The notes under the pieces were generated by a model. The model did no database searches and had not been told where the DNA came from. It saw only the letters and a list, made by a program, of their open reading frames with translations. A DNA stretch of 64,000 nucleotides. Origin: Kofleriaceae bacterium. GTDB taxonomy: Bacteria; Myxococcota_A; Polyangia; Haliangiales; Haliangiaceae. Made by a program: the position numbers and the translations under genes. This document shows positions 1-9,129 of this stretch, one piece after another (position 1 is the stretch's first letter; every line of letters begins with the position of its first letter). Location of the stretch: positions 1 to 64,000 of the forward strand of contig JBKJLC010000103.1 of NCBI GenBank assembly GCA_046597055.1. Direction: 5' to 3'.

Positions 1-221
1 GCAGGCGCTTCCTTGCCGGTGAGGCGCGAGGTAGCGAGCTTCGCCGTGTCGCACGCGGACTGAACCTGGCGCGCGAACGCGAACTGGTCGGGAGAGAGGC
101 GGAGCCCGAGGAAGACGCTCGGGTCGAATTTCTTCTCCTTGGCGAACGCGTCGGCCTTCTCGAGCCAGGTGTCGAGCTGGCCGAGTTGCTTCTTCATCTG
201 GCGGGTGATCTCGAAGTACAT
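1..221 (-). CDS. DUF1993-like (DinB-fold) protein, 5' part (runs off window edge)
   Basis: Manual translation from ATG at 221: MYFEITRQMKKQLGQLDTWLEKADAFAKEKKFDPSVFLGLRLSPDQFAFARQVQSACDTAK; RLxPDQF..RQVQ.ACD.AK resembles DUF1993. Confidence 0.75.
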   Translation of the reverse strand, partial: MYFEITRQMKKQLGQLDTWLEKADAFAKEKKFDPSVFLGLRLSPDQFAFARQVQSACDTAKLATSRLTGKEAP

Positions 222-232
222 GGCCGGGGACG

Positions 233-1954
233 TTAGTCCAAGTCGGCGCGGGCGTCGTCGAGGAGGCGTTCGATCTCTCGGAGGGTCTCGACGTCGTCGC
301 CGATCATCTCCTTCATCGACTGGATGCGCCGGGCGACCACCCGCGCGATCTGCTCCTCGACCGTGCCGTCGGCGTAGGCCCAGTAGACCTGGGCGAAGCG
401 GCCGTCGCGGTGACAGCGACCCTCGATCTGCGCCATCTGAATCGCCGACCACCGCAGGTCGTGGATCACCTCGGAGCGCGGCACGTCGTTGTGCTCGCCC
501 TGGTGGAGCGAGATGCCCTCCTCGACCGTGAACAACACCACGCGGGCGTCGCCGCGCTGGAAGCGCAGGCGCTCCTCCTCGCGGGCCCCGGTCGGGATGC
601 CGCCGTGGACCGAGGCGCAGCGCACCGCGCCCACGCCGCTCTCGAAGCTCTCGCGCAGCGAGGTCAGGGTCTCGAGGAACCCGACCGAGATCGCGACCTG
701 GTGGCCGTTGTCGAGCAGCTCGCGGGTCAGCTCGACGGTCCCGGCTGCGCGGATGAACGAGCTCTTCTGGCGCAGGCGCAGCGACGCGGCCAGCCCCGAC
801 TTCGGATCACGACCGCGCGGCGCCAGCTCGACCTCGCGGCGGAACTCGGTCCAAGCCTGCTCGTAGAGCGCGCGCGCCGGTCGGTCGAGCTCGATCGGCG
901 TGAGGATGCGGTTGATCGCGGGCCAGCCGGCGATGTCCTCGGGCCGGCGCCGGATCCCGGCGGCGCCCTGGCCCTGGGCCGGCTCGAACAGCATGGCGCG
1001 CACCTGTTCGCAGTCTCGGCGGTCGCCACGCCACTCCCACTTGCCGTAGCCGCCGCGGGTCACGCCGAGCCCCTGGTCGAGGCACCACTGCTCGAAGTCC
1101 TTCAGATCGCGCGCGCGCGCCCCGGTGGTGCTGGCCAGCAGGGGCGCCAGGTACGACAACTCGAGCGGGTTCTGGCCGGCGGTCGCCGACAGCCACAGGC
1201 AGAAGCCGGCGCGGTCGACCAGCTTGGCGGCCAGCTTGGACCGCGCCGCCGTCGGGTTCTTGCAGCGGTGGCTCTCGTCGAGCACGACCACGTCGAGCTC
1301 GGGGGCGGTGCCGGCGCGGGCCAGCCCCTTCTTGCTGCGGATCTTCTTGCGGGCCGCGTCGCTCACCTCGAACAGCTTGCCGAGCCGCTCGTAGTTGAGG
1401 ATGACCACGTCCTTGCCGCCGTCGCCCATCGCCTCGATCGTGCGCCGCCAGTGCGCGACCACCGCGAGCGGGCACACCACCAGCACGCTGCGCGCCTCGG
1501 GCAGGCGCAAGATCGACGCCCAGGCGGTGATGGTCTTGCCGAGGCCGACGTCGTCGGCGAGGAGGAAGCCGGGGCGTCCCGCGGTCCTGGCCCCCAGGAT
1601 CGCCGTGACCGCGGCCTCCTGGTGCGGCCGGAGCACGACCGTACCGGTCGGCGTCGACGGTGACCTGACCGCCGCCCCGTCGAGCTCGCGCTGCACGTGG
1701 AGCTCCCACGAGTACGGCAGGGCCCGGAACGGCGCCAGCGCCGCCGGCAGCACGTCGCCCTCGTACAGGAACACGCCGTGGCCGGCATCCCAGCGCGCGC
1801 CCGCGGCGGTCGCGACGGCGCGCATCGCGAACGGGACGTCGAGCCCGTGGGTGCGGACCGCCGCGTGCGGCGCGGAGCCCGGCGGCGCCGGAGGGTGTGC
1901 CGACCGCTTGACCGGCGCCGAGACGGTGCGCTTCGCGCGGAGGAGCTTGCTCAC
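233..1954 (-). CDS. SNF2-like superfamily 2 helicase with N-terminal DUF5710-like segment
   Basis: LADDVGLGKT (Walker A), VVCP, LDESH (DExH), LSAT, QIEGRCHR (motif VI); N-terminal LDVPFAMR..AGARWD; start uncertain, GTG 1954 chosen. Confidence 0.85.
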   Translation of the reverse strand: MSKLLRAKRTVSAPVKRSAHPPAPPGSAPHAAVRTHGLDVPFAMRAVATAAGARWDAGHGVFLYEGDVLPAALAPFRALPYSWELHVQRELDGAAVRSPSTPTGTVVLRPHQEAAVTAILGARTAGRPGFLLADDVGLGKTITAWASILRLPEARSVLVVCPLAVVAHWRRTIEAMGDGGKDVVILNYERLGKLFEVSDAARKKIRSKKGLARAGTAPELDVVVLDESHRCKNPTAARSKLAAKLVDRAGFCLWLSATAGQNPLELSYLAPLLASTTGARARDLKDFEQWCLDQGLGVTRGGYGKWEWRGDRRDCEQVRAMLFEPAQGQGAAGIRRRPEDIAGWPAINRILTPIELDRPARALYEQAWTEFRREVELAPRGRDPKSGLAASLRLRQKSSFIRAAGTVELTRELLDNGHQVAISVGFLETLTSLRESFESGVGAVRCASVHGGIPTGAREEERLRFQRGDARVVLFTVEEGISLHQGEHNDVPRSEVIHDLRWSAIQMAQIEGRCHRDGRFAQVYWAYADGTVEEQIARVVARRIQSMKEMIGDDVETLREIERLLDDARADLD

Positions 1955-2095
1955 GAGCGCCGGTGATACCACCGCCCGCGGTCGCGCGACGCGCCCCGGC
2001 CTGCCCGTGGCGCGCCGATCATGGCGCGCGCGACATCGGTGGCCCCGCGGGTTGGCGACGGTCCGCACCCGTGCCAAGCAACCCCGGGAGGATCC

Positions 2096-2995
2096 ATGAA
2101 ACGCATTGCCTCGTTCGCGTCCGTCATCGCCCTCGGCGTCGCCGCCACCTTCGCCGCACCGGCCGCGGCCCAGCCGGCTGCACCATCGCCCGCCGCGGCA
2201 CCGCCCGCCGCGGTCAAGCCCGCGCCCGAGGCTCGCAAGCGCGCGCCCACCCCGGCCCGCACCCGGTTGACCTGGTACGGCCACGCGGCGTTCCGCATCG
2301 ACACCCCGGCCGGCAAGGTGATCCTCGTCGACCCGTGGATCACCAACCCCCTCAACCCGAACGGCAAGGACGACCTGGCCAAGCTCGCGCAGGCCGATCT
2401 GATCCTGATCACGCACGGTCACGCTGACCACATCGGTGATGCGGTGGCGATCGCCAAGAAGACCAAGGCGCGCCTGGTCACGACGTTCGATCTGGGCCGG
2501 TCGATCGTCGCCGAGCTCGGCTATCCCAAGGACCAGATGAGCATGGAGACCCAGGGCAACTTCGGCGGCGAGCTCACGCTGCTCGATGGCGAGGTGACGG
2601 TGCGCTTCGTGCCGGCGGTGCACAGCTCGGCGGTGTCGAAGGACGACGTCGCGATGCGTGAAGGCGGCGCGCCCGGCGGCTTCGTGATCGCGGTTCGCGG
2701 CGGGCCGGTCCTCTATCACACGGGCGACACTGACGTGTTCGGCGACATGGCGCTGGTCGGCAAGGACTACAAGGTCACGCACATGCTGGCGTGCATCGGA
2801 GGTCACTTCACGATGGGCCCGGCCGGCGCCGCCGAGGCCGCCCGGCTGGTGAGGCCACGCAACCTGGTCCCCATGCACTACGGGACCTTCCCGGCGCTCG
2901 CCGGCACCGTCGATCAGCTCAAGGCGGCGCTGAAGAAGAAGCGGGTCGGCGCGAAGGTCATCGCGATGGCGGTCGGAACGCCGACCGACCTGTGA
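2096..2995 (+). CDS. Exported metallo-beta-lactamase-fold hydrolase (UPF0173-like)
   Basis: GGAGG RBS before ATG 2096; signal peptide; WYGHAAF, VDPW, THGHADH, HSS, HTGDT, PMHYGTF. Confidence 0.88.
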   Translation: MKRIASFASVIALGVAATFAAPAAAQPAAPSPAAAPPAAVKPAPEARKRAPTPARTRLTWYGHAAFRIDTPAGKVILVDPWITNPLNPNGKDDLAKLAQADLILITHGHADHIGDAVAIAKKTKARLVTTFDLGRSIVAELGYPKDQMSMETQGNFGGELTLLDGEVTVRFVPAVHSSAVSKDDVAMREGGAPGGFVIAVRGGPVLYHTGDTDVFGDMALVGKDYKVTHMLACIGGHFTMGPAGAAEAARLVRPRNLVPMHYGTFPALAGTVDQLKAALKKKRVGAKVIAMAVGTPTDL

Positions 2996-3148
2996 CCCTG
3001 GCGCCGTGAGAGCCAGTCACTGATTCGGTCTGACCGGAATCGCCCGTGCGCAGTCGCTCGTCGAGCGGAAACGCCGCAAGAAGTAACGGGACTCAGTGAC
3101 ATTCTCGGCGGTTGCGCGCCGGCACGTCCGGTGCACATGGAAAAGTAC

Positions 3149-3457
3149 ATGACGCTTCGCACCACTATCTTCTCGCTCGTTTCGAGCCTCGTTCTCTCCC
3201 TCTCGATCGGCGTTGGCCTGGTCGGCTGCAGTGAGGTCGATGAGGCCATCGACTGCAACCAGATCTGCAACCGCTACAAGGACTGCTTCGACGCCAACTA
3301 TGACGTCTCGGCCTGCGCCAGCCGGTGCGAGTCCAACGCTGACAATGTCGCCAACTATGCGGATAAGGTCGACGCCTGCGAGAACTGCATCGACGACCGC
3401 TCGTGCGCGTCCGCGACGTTCGGCTGCGCGGCCGAGTGCTCCACCATCGTTCCCTGA
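3149..3457 (+). CDS. Small Cys-rich lipoprotein
   Basis: Hydrophobic signal ending LVGC (lipobox); many Cys in CxxxC/CxxC pattern. Confidence 0.75.
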   Translation: MTLRTTIFSLVSSLVLSLSIGVGLVGCSEVDEAIDCNQICNRYKDCFDANYDVSACASRCESNADNVANYADKVDACENCIDDRSCASATFGCAAECSTIVP

Positions 3458-3482
3458 ACCCACTCGCGCGCATGCGCGAGTA

Positions 3483-3521
3483 CGAGACGCCGGGAGCCGC
3501 GAGTCGGCGCCCGGCGTCTCG
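3483..3521. terminator. GC-rich hairpin between convergent genes
   Basis: CGAGACGCCGGG (3483-3494) and CCCGGCGTCTCG (3510-3521) form a perfect 12-bp inverted repeat; no U tract. Confidence 0.45.
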
Positions 3522-3575
3522 GCGTGTGCAACGCGCGTCGCGTGCCCAGCGCAGGTGACGTGCGGGGGCGCTCGG

Positions 3576-4211
3576 TCAGATCCTCACGCGCAGCACTTCG
3601 TACGCCTCGGCGTAGGCGTAGCCGCTCATGCGCCCCGCGGCCCGGGCCAGGTCGCGGCTCGACTCCAGGTCGAGGCGCGCCAGCTGCGAGCGGTGGGCCG
3701 AGATCGCGGCGATCTTGGTGTCGATCGTCGATGAGATGTCGGCGAAGCACTGGCCGATCGTGCGCGACTGCGCGTTCATCTCGGGGCTCGACAGGTAGGC
3801 GAGCAGATCGCAGGGCGTGCGGCGCAGCGCCGACACCGTCGCGCGGTTGACCAGGCCGTGGTCCCAGTGCAGGTCGTGGGTCGAGTGGGTGATGACGAGG
3901 TTGGGGCGAATGTCGCCGACCAGCTGGTCGAAGCGCCGCACCAGCTCGTGCATCGCGATGTCCTCGACCCGGCAGGTCCGCTCCTCGAACAGCACGAACG
4001 AGCGAGCCGCGCCCAGGATGCGCGCGCCCTCCTGGGCCTCGGCCAGGCGTTCTTCGCTGCGGTTGGGCACCGACACGCACGCCATCGTCACGTCGGCGCC
4101 CTCCATCGCCAGCCGGGCCAGCAGCCCGCCGGCGCCGACCTCGAGATCGTCGGGATGGGCCCCGAATGCCAGGACGCGACCACGCTCGTCGGGATCGAAG
4201 ATGCGGTTCAC
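3576..4211 (-). CDS. PIG-L/LmbE family de-N-acetylase
   Basis: GAHPDDLE and HDLHWDH metal motifs; GTG start overlaps upstream stop (GTGA). Confidence 0.9.
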   Translation of the reverse strand: MNRIFDPDERGRVLAFGAHPDDLEVGAGGLLARLAMEGADVTMACVSVPNRSEERLAEAQEGARILGAARSFVLFEERTCRVEDIAMHELVRRFDQLVGDIRPNLVITHSTHDLHWDHGLVNRATVSALRRTPCDLLAYLSSPEMNAQSRTIGQCFADISSTIDTKIAAISAHRSQLARLDLESSRDLARAAGRMSGYAYAEAYEVLRVRI

Positions 4212-4918
4212 AGGGCGACCTCCGTGCAGAAGACATCGCGGCTCGCCGGACCGCAGTTGAGGAGCAGATCGAGGAAGGCGAGGTAGGGGACGAAGCCCAG
4301 CTGGGGATAGCGCTGGGGGTAGGTCGGATGCGCGAACTGTTGCCACGCCACCGCGATGCCGGCGCGGCGCAGCGCCTCGACGTCGAGGTAGGTCGTCGAG
4401 CCGCCGCGGCCCGACAGATAGACCTTGGCGCCGACCTTGCGGCACAGGTCGATGATGCGCTCGGTCTTCTGGCCGGTGAGCTCGAGCGACGACGAGGTCA
4501 GGATCGGTCGGGTGATCCCGAACCAGCGCCGCGCCATCTCGAGGACGTGGAGGTCGAGTTCGACCAGCCGGGTCCATGGCCGCGTGTAGAGGTCCTCGAG
4601 CTCGTCGGCGTAGCGCGCGAAGTGCGGCGACTTGCCGTAGTGGATCTTGATCGCGGTCCAGTGACGCCGCTGCCAGTGCTCGCGGGGATTGACGTGGTTC
4701 TGGATCCGCTTGTCGCAGATGCGGTCGAGCTGGCCGCCGCGCTCGAGCGGGACGGTGAGCCAGCCGGCGCGGTCGTTGAGCTTGACCCGGTTGCGGTTCT
4801 GGAAGTTCTGCGCCTCGTACTGGAGGTCGTCCATGACGACGAACACGTCGGCCTTCGCCATCTTGTCGAGATAGCCGAGCCACGGCAGGTACGACGGCTG
4901 GTGGGCGGCGACGATCAT
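4208..4918 (-). CDS. WbqC family protein (putative glycine transferase)
   Basis: MIVAAHQPSYLPWLGYLDK..DVFVVMDDLQY..NRNR, YLSG, YPQ; ATG overlaps upstream stop (ATGA). Confidence 0.9.
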   Translation of the reverse strand: MIVAAHQPSYLPWLGYLDKMAKADVFVVMDDLQYEAQNFQNRNRVKLNDRAGWLTVPLERGGQLDRICDKRIQNHVNPREHWQRRHWTAIKIHYGKSPHFARYADELEDLYTRPWTRLVELDLHVLEMARRWFGITRPILTSSSLELTGQKTERIIDLCRKVGAKVYLSGRGGSTTYLDVEALRRAGIAVAWQQFAHPTYPQRYPQLGFVPYLAFLDLLLNCGPASRDVFCTEVAL

Positions 4919-6126
4919 CGGGGGGCTCCCGGCCCGGGCGCGGCCCCGGCCACGTGGCCGCGGGTCTCCCAGCTCGAGGTGTCGAGGGTGAACAGGCCCA
5001 GTGGGGTCAGCAGCAGGTACGCGACCGGCATCAGCACCGCCATCGGCAGGAACGCGATGGGATGGACCCGCAGCCAGGGCGGCAGCGCGCGGGTGGACGG
5101 CGCCAGGTAGTAGATGAGCCCGAACGCGGCGATCACCGCGATGTGGAAGGTCGCCAGGCCGAAGAACTCGCCGGCGAGGACGTGATAGGCGATGACGAAC
5201 GGGTAGAGGAGCAGCAGCGCGAGCATCGACAGGTACTGCAGGCACAGCACCGGGTGGAGCTTCCAGGCGTGGCCGATGCCGCCGATGAAGTCGACGATGT
5301 TCGAGCGCTTCCACCGCAGCTGCTGGTTGAAGTAGCCGCGCAGGGTGGTCGGGGCCTTGGTGAAGCACATCGCGTCCATCGTCATGACCGTGCGGTAGCC
5401 GGCCTTCACGATCTGGCGGGTCAGGAACCGGTCCTCGCCGTACTTGATCGGCACGCCGAGGATGTTGCGGTCCTCGAGGATCGGCTCGAGCTGGATGAGG
5501 ACGTGGCGGCGGTAGGCGGTCAGGCAGCCCGACAGGCACATCACCGAGCGCAGCGAGCGCTCCAGGTTCTTCAGGTGCTCCTGGCCGAAGTAGTACTTGA
5601 TGGTCTGCAGCTTCGACAGCCAGTTGTCGTTGGGGTTCGACACGTGGACGCGACCACCGACCGCGGCGACCTCAGGCCCGGTGAAGCGCGCGATCAGCTC
5701 GCGCAGCGCGCGGGGATGGATGATGACGTCGGAGTCGACCGAGACGATGATCTCGGAGGTCGCCTCGCGCACCGCGTGGTTGATGCCCTTGCGCTTGCCC
5801 ATGTTGAACGGGTTGCGCAGGACGCGGACGTTCTTGTACTCGAGCGCGGCCTTGCAGGCCCACTCGTAGCTGTCGTCGGTCGAGCAGTCGTCGACCACGG
5901 TGATCGAGAGCTTGTCGATTGGATACTCGAGCTTCACCAGGCTGACGATCGTGTCGTAGATCGACTTGCCCTCGTTGTAGAGCGGGACCACCACGGTGAC
6001 GGTTGGCTCGTAGCCGGTCACCGTCTCGTCGAAGCGCCGTCCCTTCACCAGCGCGAGGTAGAGCCCGAACACGTAGCGGTTCAGGAACACGATCAGGATG
6101 AAGAGGTAGATGGGAAAGACGGTCAT
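4915..6126 (-). CDS. Processive GT2 glycosyltransferase, NodC / class I hyaluronan synthase-like
   Basis: VVPLYNE, VDDCSTD, GKRK, VDSD, CLSGCLTAYR, YGEDRFLT, QQLRWKRS; one N-terminal and several C-terminal TM segments; ends SWETRG. Confidence 0.88.
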   Translation of the reverse strand: MTVFPIYLFILIVFLNRYVFGLYLALVKGRRFDETVTGYEPTVTVVVPLYNEGKSIYDTIVSLVKLEYPIDKLSITVVDDCSTDDSYEWACKAALEYKNVRVLRNPFNMGKRKGINHAVREATSEIIVSVDSDVIIHPRALRELIARFTGPEVAAVGGRVHVSNPNDNWLSKLQTIKYYFGQEHLKNLERSLRSVMCLSGCLTAYRRHVLIQLEPILEDRNILGVPIKYGEDRFLTRQIVKAGYRTVMTMDAMCFTKAPTTLRGYFNQQLRWKRSNIVDFIGGIGHAWKLHPVLCLQYLSMLALLLLYPFVIAYHVLAGEFFGLATFHIAVIAAFGLIYYLAPSTRALPPWLRVHPIAFLPMAVLMPVAYLLLTPLGLFTLDTSSWETRGHVAGAAPGPGAPR

Positions 6127-6147
6127 CGCGGCGGTGGTGCGAACCAA

Positions 6148-6163
6148 AGCAAGCGCGATGCCG
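6148..6163 (-). promoter_or_regulatory. sigma54 -24/-12 promoter of the GT2-WbqC-PIG-L operon
   Basis: Minus strand CGGCATCGCGCTTGCT = GG-N10-GC with TTGCT, about 22 nt upstream of ATG 6126. Confidence 0.65.
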
Positions 6164-6280
6164 TGTCGCTTCAATATGAAGGACGATTGTCGATCGATGG
6201 TTGCGCGCGGCGCGAGGTGACGTTCATGGGGGCACGGATCCCACACCTGGAGCCCTCACTACTCAGGTCGAACGAAGGTC

Positions 6281-8068
6281 GTGCGCGATCACGCGGACAT
6301 GGCGAGCCCTGGCAAAGGCCCTCTGCTTGCACTGTCGGCCGAGACCCGTCGTTCTTCCTCTGTCCCCGCGAGCACCTTCATGCCCGATCGCAAGCCCGGT
6401 ACCGGCGCCCCTCCCTCGCTGCGCGCCATCCCGCGTGGTCCGGCGCGCGCCCTCCCCCCGCTGCCGACCGCGACCCCGCCGCGGTCGGCCGGGGGCAGCA
6501 CCGACGGTCGCCCGCCCACGCCCACCCCGGCCCCGCCGGCGGTGAGGTCGCCGGCACCACGCGCGCCGTCCCCGCGGTTGTCGGCGTCGCCGCCGCCGTC
6601 GCGTGGGACCACCGGCCAGGTGCTGGCGTTCACGCCGCGCGCGGGCGCCGCGGCGATCCCGCCGTCGACGCTCAACGCCGGTTGGGCCCGCACCAGCCCG
6701 GCCCCGGCCCGCGCGACGCGCGCGCCCAGCTACGGCGGCGGCGCGCGCGGTGGGACCGGCGCGGCGGCCAGCGCCGCGCTGGCCGAGCCCCTGCCGCTGC
6801 CGCCGCCCCCGGCGCAGGCGCCGCTGCCCGCGCCGGCCCACGAGCCAGGCGCCGCCGACCCGCCGCTGGCCGCGCCGCCGCTGTTCATCGCGGCGCCCAT
6901 CCATCGACCGGAGGCGCAGTTCCGTTGGCCGGTGCTCGATCGCCTGTTCGGCGCCAAGCCGGACCCGGTCCAGAACGCCAACCAGTGGGCGGTGTTCGAG
7001 CAGCTCGGCCTGGGCGCGCCCAAGGAGAGCATGAGCCAGCGCCGGGCGAAGCTGATCGTCTCGGCCTACCGCGCGCTCGGCTTCGGCATCCTCTCCCTCA
7101 TCGTCTTCATCCTGGTCGGCTACATCGCGACCAGCGCCTTCTACTTCGTGAGCGACAGTTGGGTCCAGCCGATGGTGGTGTCGCCGACCGACGAGAAGGT
7201 GCTCGCGCTCGAGTCGCAGGCCGCCGAGGCCGCCAACGTCCGCGATCGCATCGTCGCCGATCTCAACCACGCCGACCGCTACATCGCCGTGCAGCAGGCC
7301 TACCAGGGCGAGTTCGCGCTGGCGATCCGGGCCGACCTCACCGGCCGCAAGGCCGCGCTCAACCGGGTCCGCAAGCTCGCGAAGGACTACGCCGGCGCGC
7401 GCAGCCGGGTCCAGGGCGCCAACCACGCGTTCGCCAGCGCGTCGCGCCGCAAGATGACCGAGGAGTACGCGGCCGGGCTGATCGATCGTAGCGACATGCT
7501 GTCGGGCAAGTTCCAGCTCGCGCAGATCACCAGCTCCAACCTGTCGCTGGCCGAGCGCGAGGCCGAGTACGAGACCCGCGCGGCCGATCTCGACGCCGAG
7601 GCCACCGCGCTCGACGCGATCGTGACCCAGAAGGGCGGCACCGCCGCGCTCAGCTACGACGTGCTCAAGATCAAGCAGGAGTACGAGATGTCGCGGCTCG
7701 AGACCACCAAGGCGATCGAGAGCCGCGAGGCGTTGCGGGCCAGCCTGGCGCGCCAGGACGCCATCCTCGAGTCGCTGCAGGGCTCGCCGTGGCTGCGCGC
7801 GGTCCACGCCAAGGCCCACGTCGCGTTCGTGCCGTACGGCAACCTCGACGAGGTCAGCGTCGGCTCCCCGGTCTACGGCTGCGCGCTCGAGATGATCTTC
7901 TGCGGCAAGGTCGGCAAGGTCGTCGAGATCATGCCGGGCGAGGTGAACTTCAAGCACCCGCACCGCGAGAAGATGCTGCGCGGCAAGATGGTCGAGCTGG
8001 ACCTGTCCGATTCGAGCGCGGGCGAGGACGACGTCCTCTTCGTCGGCGGCCGTCCGCTACTCTTCTGA
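6281..8068 (+). CDS. Inner-membrane-anchored coiled-coil protein, membrane fusion protein (HlyD/Alg44)-like
   Basis: Pro-rich N-terminus, one TM helix (GFGILSLIVFILVGYIA), about 200 aa helical hairpin, C-terminal beta domain (AFVPYGNLDEVSVGSPV..GKVVEIMPGE); start uncertain (6281/6299/6380). Confidence 0.6.
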   Translation: MRDHADMASPGKGPLLALSAETRRSSSVPASTFMPDRKPGTGAPPSLRAIPRGPARALPPLPTATPPRSAGGSTDGRPPTPTPAPPAVRSPAPRAPSPRLSASPPPSRGTTGQVLAFTPRAGAAAIPPSTLNAGWARTSPAPARATRAPSYGGGARGGTGAAASAALAEPLPLPPPPAQAPLPAPAHEPGAADPPLAAPPLFIAAPIHRPEAQFRWPVLDRLFGAKPDPVQNANQWAVFEQLGLGAPKESMSQRRAKLIVSAYRALGFGILSLIVFILVGYIATSAFYFVSDSWVQPMVVSPTDEKVLALESQAAEAANVRDRIVADLNHADRYIAVQQAYQGEFALAIRADLTGRKAALNRVRKLAKDYAGARSRVQGANHAFASASRRKMTEEYAAGLIDRSDMLSGKFQLAQITSSNLSLAEREAEYETRAADLDAEATALDAIVTQKGGTAALSYDVLKIKQEYEMSRLETTKAIESREALRASLARQDAILESLQGSPWLRAVHAKAHVAFVPYGNLDEVSVGSPVYGCALEMIFCGKVGKVVEIMPGEVNFKHPHREKMLRGKMVELDLSDSSAGEDDVLFVGGRPLLF

Positions 8069-8070
8069 TC

Positions 8071-9129
8071 ATGCGCACCCCCACGCTCCTCGCCGCCACC
8101 CTCGCGGCCGCCCTGCTCCCGTCCGCGGCGCTGGCCCAACCGGCTGCGCCGGCCACTGACGACGGCTACTGCGCGCACGTCGAAGGCGCCGCCGCCGCCG
8201 AGAGCGCGCTGCTGCTGGCACCGGCGGTGTTCGGGAGCTTCGGCTACGCCGACCAGCCGCTGGTCGCGGCGGCGCCCGGCTCGACCGCCAGCGACCTGCG
8301 GCTCACCGTCGGGGTCCGCTACGCGCTGATCGGTGCCTACGAGGGCGTGCTCACCCGCGGACGGGCCCGCGCCGACTGCCGCCGTCACCAGGCGCTCTCG
8401 CAGGTGACCGCCAGCACGACCTACCGCGCGCTCACCGCGCGCGCTGGCGTGCTCGACGCCGCGCTCGCCGAGGCGACCCGGCTCCTCGACGAGGCCGACG
8501 CCGACCTGGCCAGCCGCCGGGCCTCGGCACCCGACGTGGTCGCGACCCGGCTGCGGGTCGACGAGCTGCGCGGCCTGGCCGCCGCCACCCGGCGCGAGCT
8601 GTCGGCGATGCCGCCGCCGCCGAGCGGCGCGATGACCGGCGCGCTCGCCAGCTACCACGCCGCCGACGCCGAGCTCGAACGCCACGAGGGTCGGCTGCGC
8701 CGCACCAAGGCGTTCGACCTGAGCGTGCGGGCCGGCTACGACAAGTTCTTGGATGGCGACGACGAGTCGCCCTACTTCGCGGTGGTCTCGTTCGGGGTCA
8801 ACCTCGGCGCGCTGCTGCAGGGCTCGGGCAACGCCCGCTCGGCGGCCGGACGTCGTCGCATGGCCCAGGGCGGCGGCGGCGCGCTCGAGCTGACGCTGTC
8901 GCGGGTCCGCGAGGTGCTCGCGATCCAGCGCGAGCGCGCGGACCAGACCGGCGTGATCGTCGGCGATCTCGATCGCCAGCTGGCGGCGCTGCGCACGATG
9001 GGTGGCGAGAGCGGCCGCCGCCTGCGCCAGACGCTGTGGTTCGAGTGGGTGAAGGCGAACGCCGAGCACGCGTACCTGGTGGCGCACGTCGCCAGCCTGC
9101 GCGAGATCCTGGGCGAGGAGGCACCATGA
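8071..9129 (+). CDS. Secreted protein with TolC/OEP-like architecture
   Basis: Signal peptide (..SAALA); two repeats of amphipathic beta pair (LRLTVGVRY; FDLSVRAGY..YFAVVSFGVNL) followed by long helices; starts 2 nt after upstream stop. CDS is solid, family is inference. Confidence 0.5.
   Translation: MRTPTLLAATLAAALLPSAALAQPAAPATDDGYCAHVEGAAAAESALLLAPAVFGSFGYADQPLVAAAPGSTASDLRLTVGVRYALIGAYEGVLTRGRARADCRRHQALSQVTASTTYRALTARAGVLDAALAEATRLLDEADADLASRRASAPDVVATRLRVDELRGLAAATRRELSAMPPPPSGAMTGALASYHAADAELERHEGRLRRTKAFDLSVRAGYDKFLDGDDESPYFAVVSFGVNLGALLQGSGNARSAAGRRRMAQGGGGALELTLSRVREVLAIQRERADQTGVIVGDLDRQLAALRTMGGESGRRLRQTLWFEWVKANAEHAYLVAHVASLREILGEEAP

Noticed and set aside
1955..2878. N-terminal extension of the helicase ORF
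   Set aside because: Overlaps the well-supported plus-strand hydrolase gene
3576..6126. Rhizobial nodABC / Nod-factor locus (with cysDN as nodPQ)
   Set aside because: No NodA or NodB-family genes; cysDN is 39 kb away and lacks a functional APS kinase
4954..7491. 845-aa plus-strand ORF and similar long ORFs (42219-44939 N-part, 48304-50724, 53310-56030, 12518-14893, 59948-62176)
   Set aside because: Antisense or off-frame shadows of motif-bearing genes, typical of high-GC DNA; Arg/Gly/Pro-rich with no motifs
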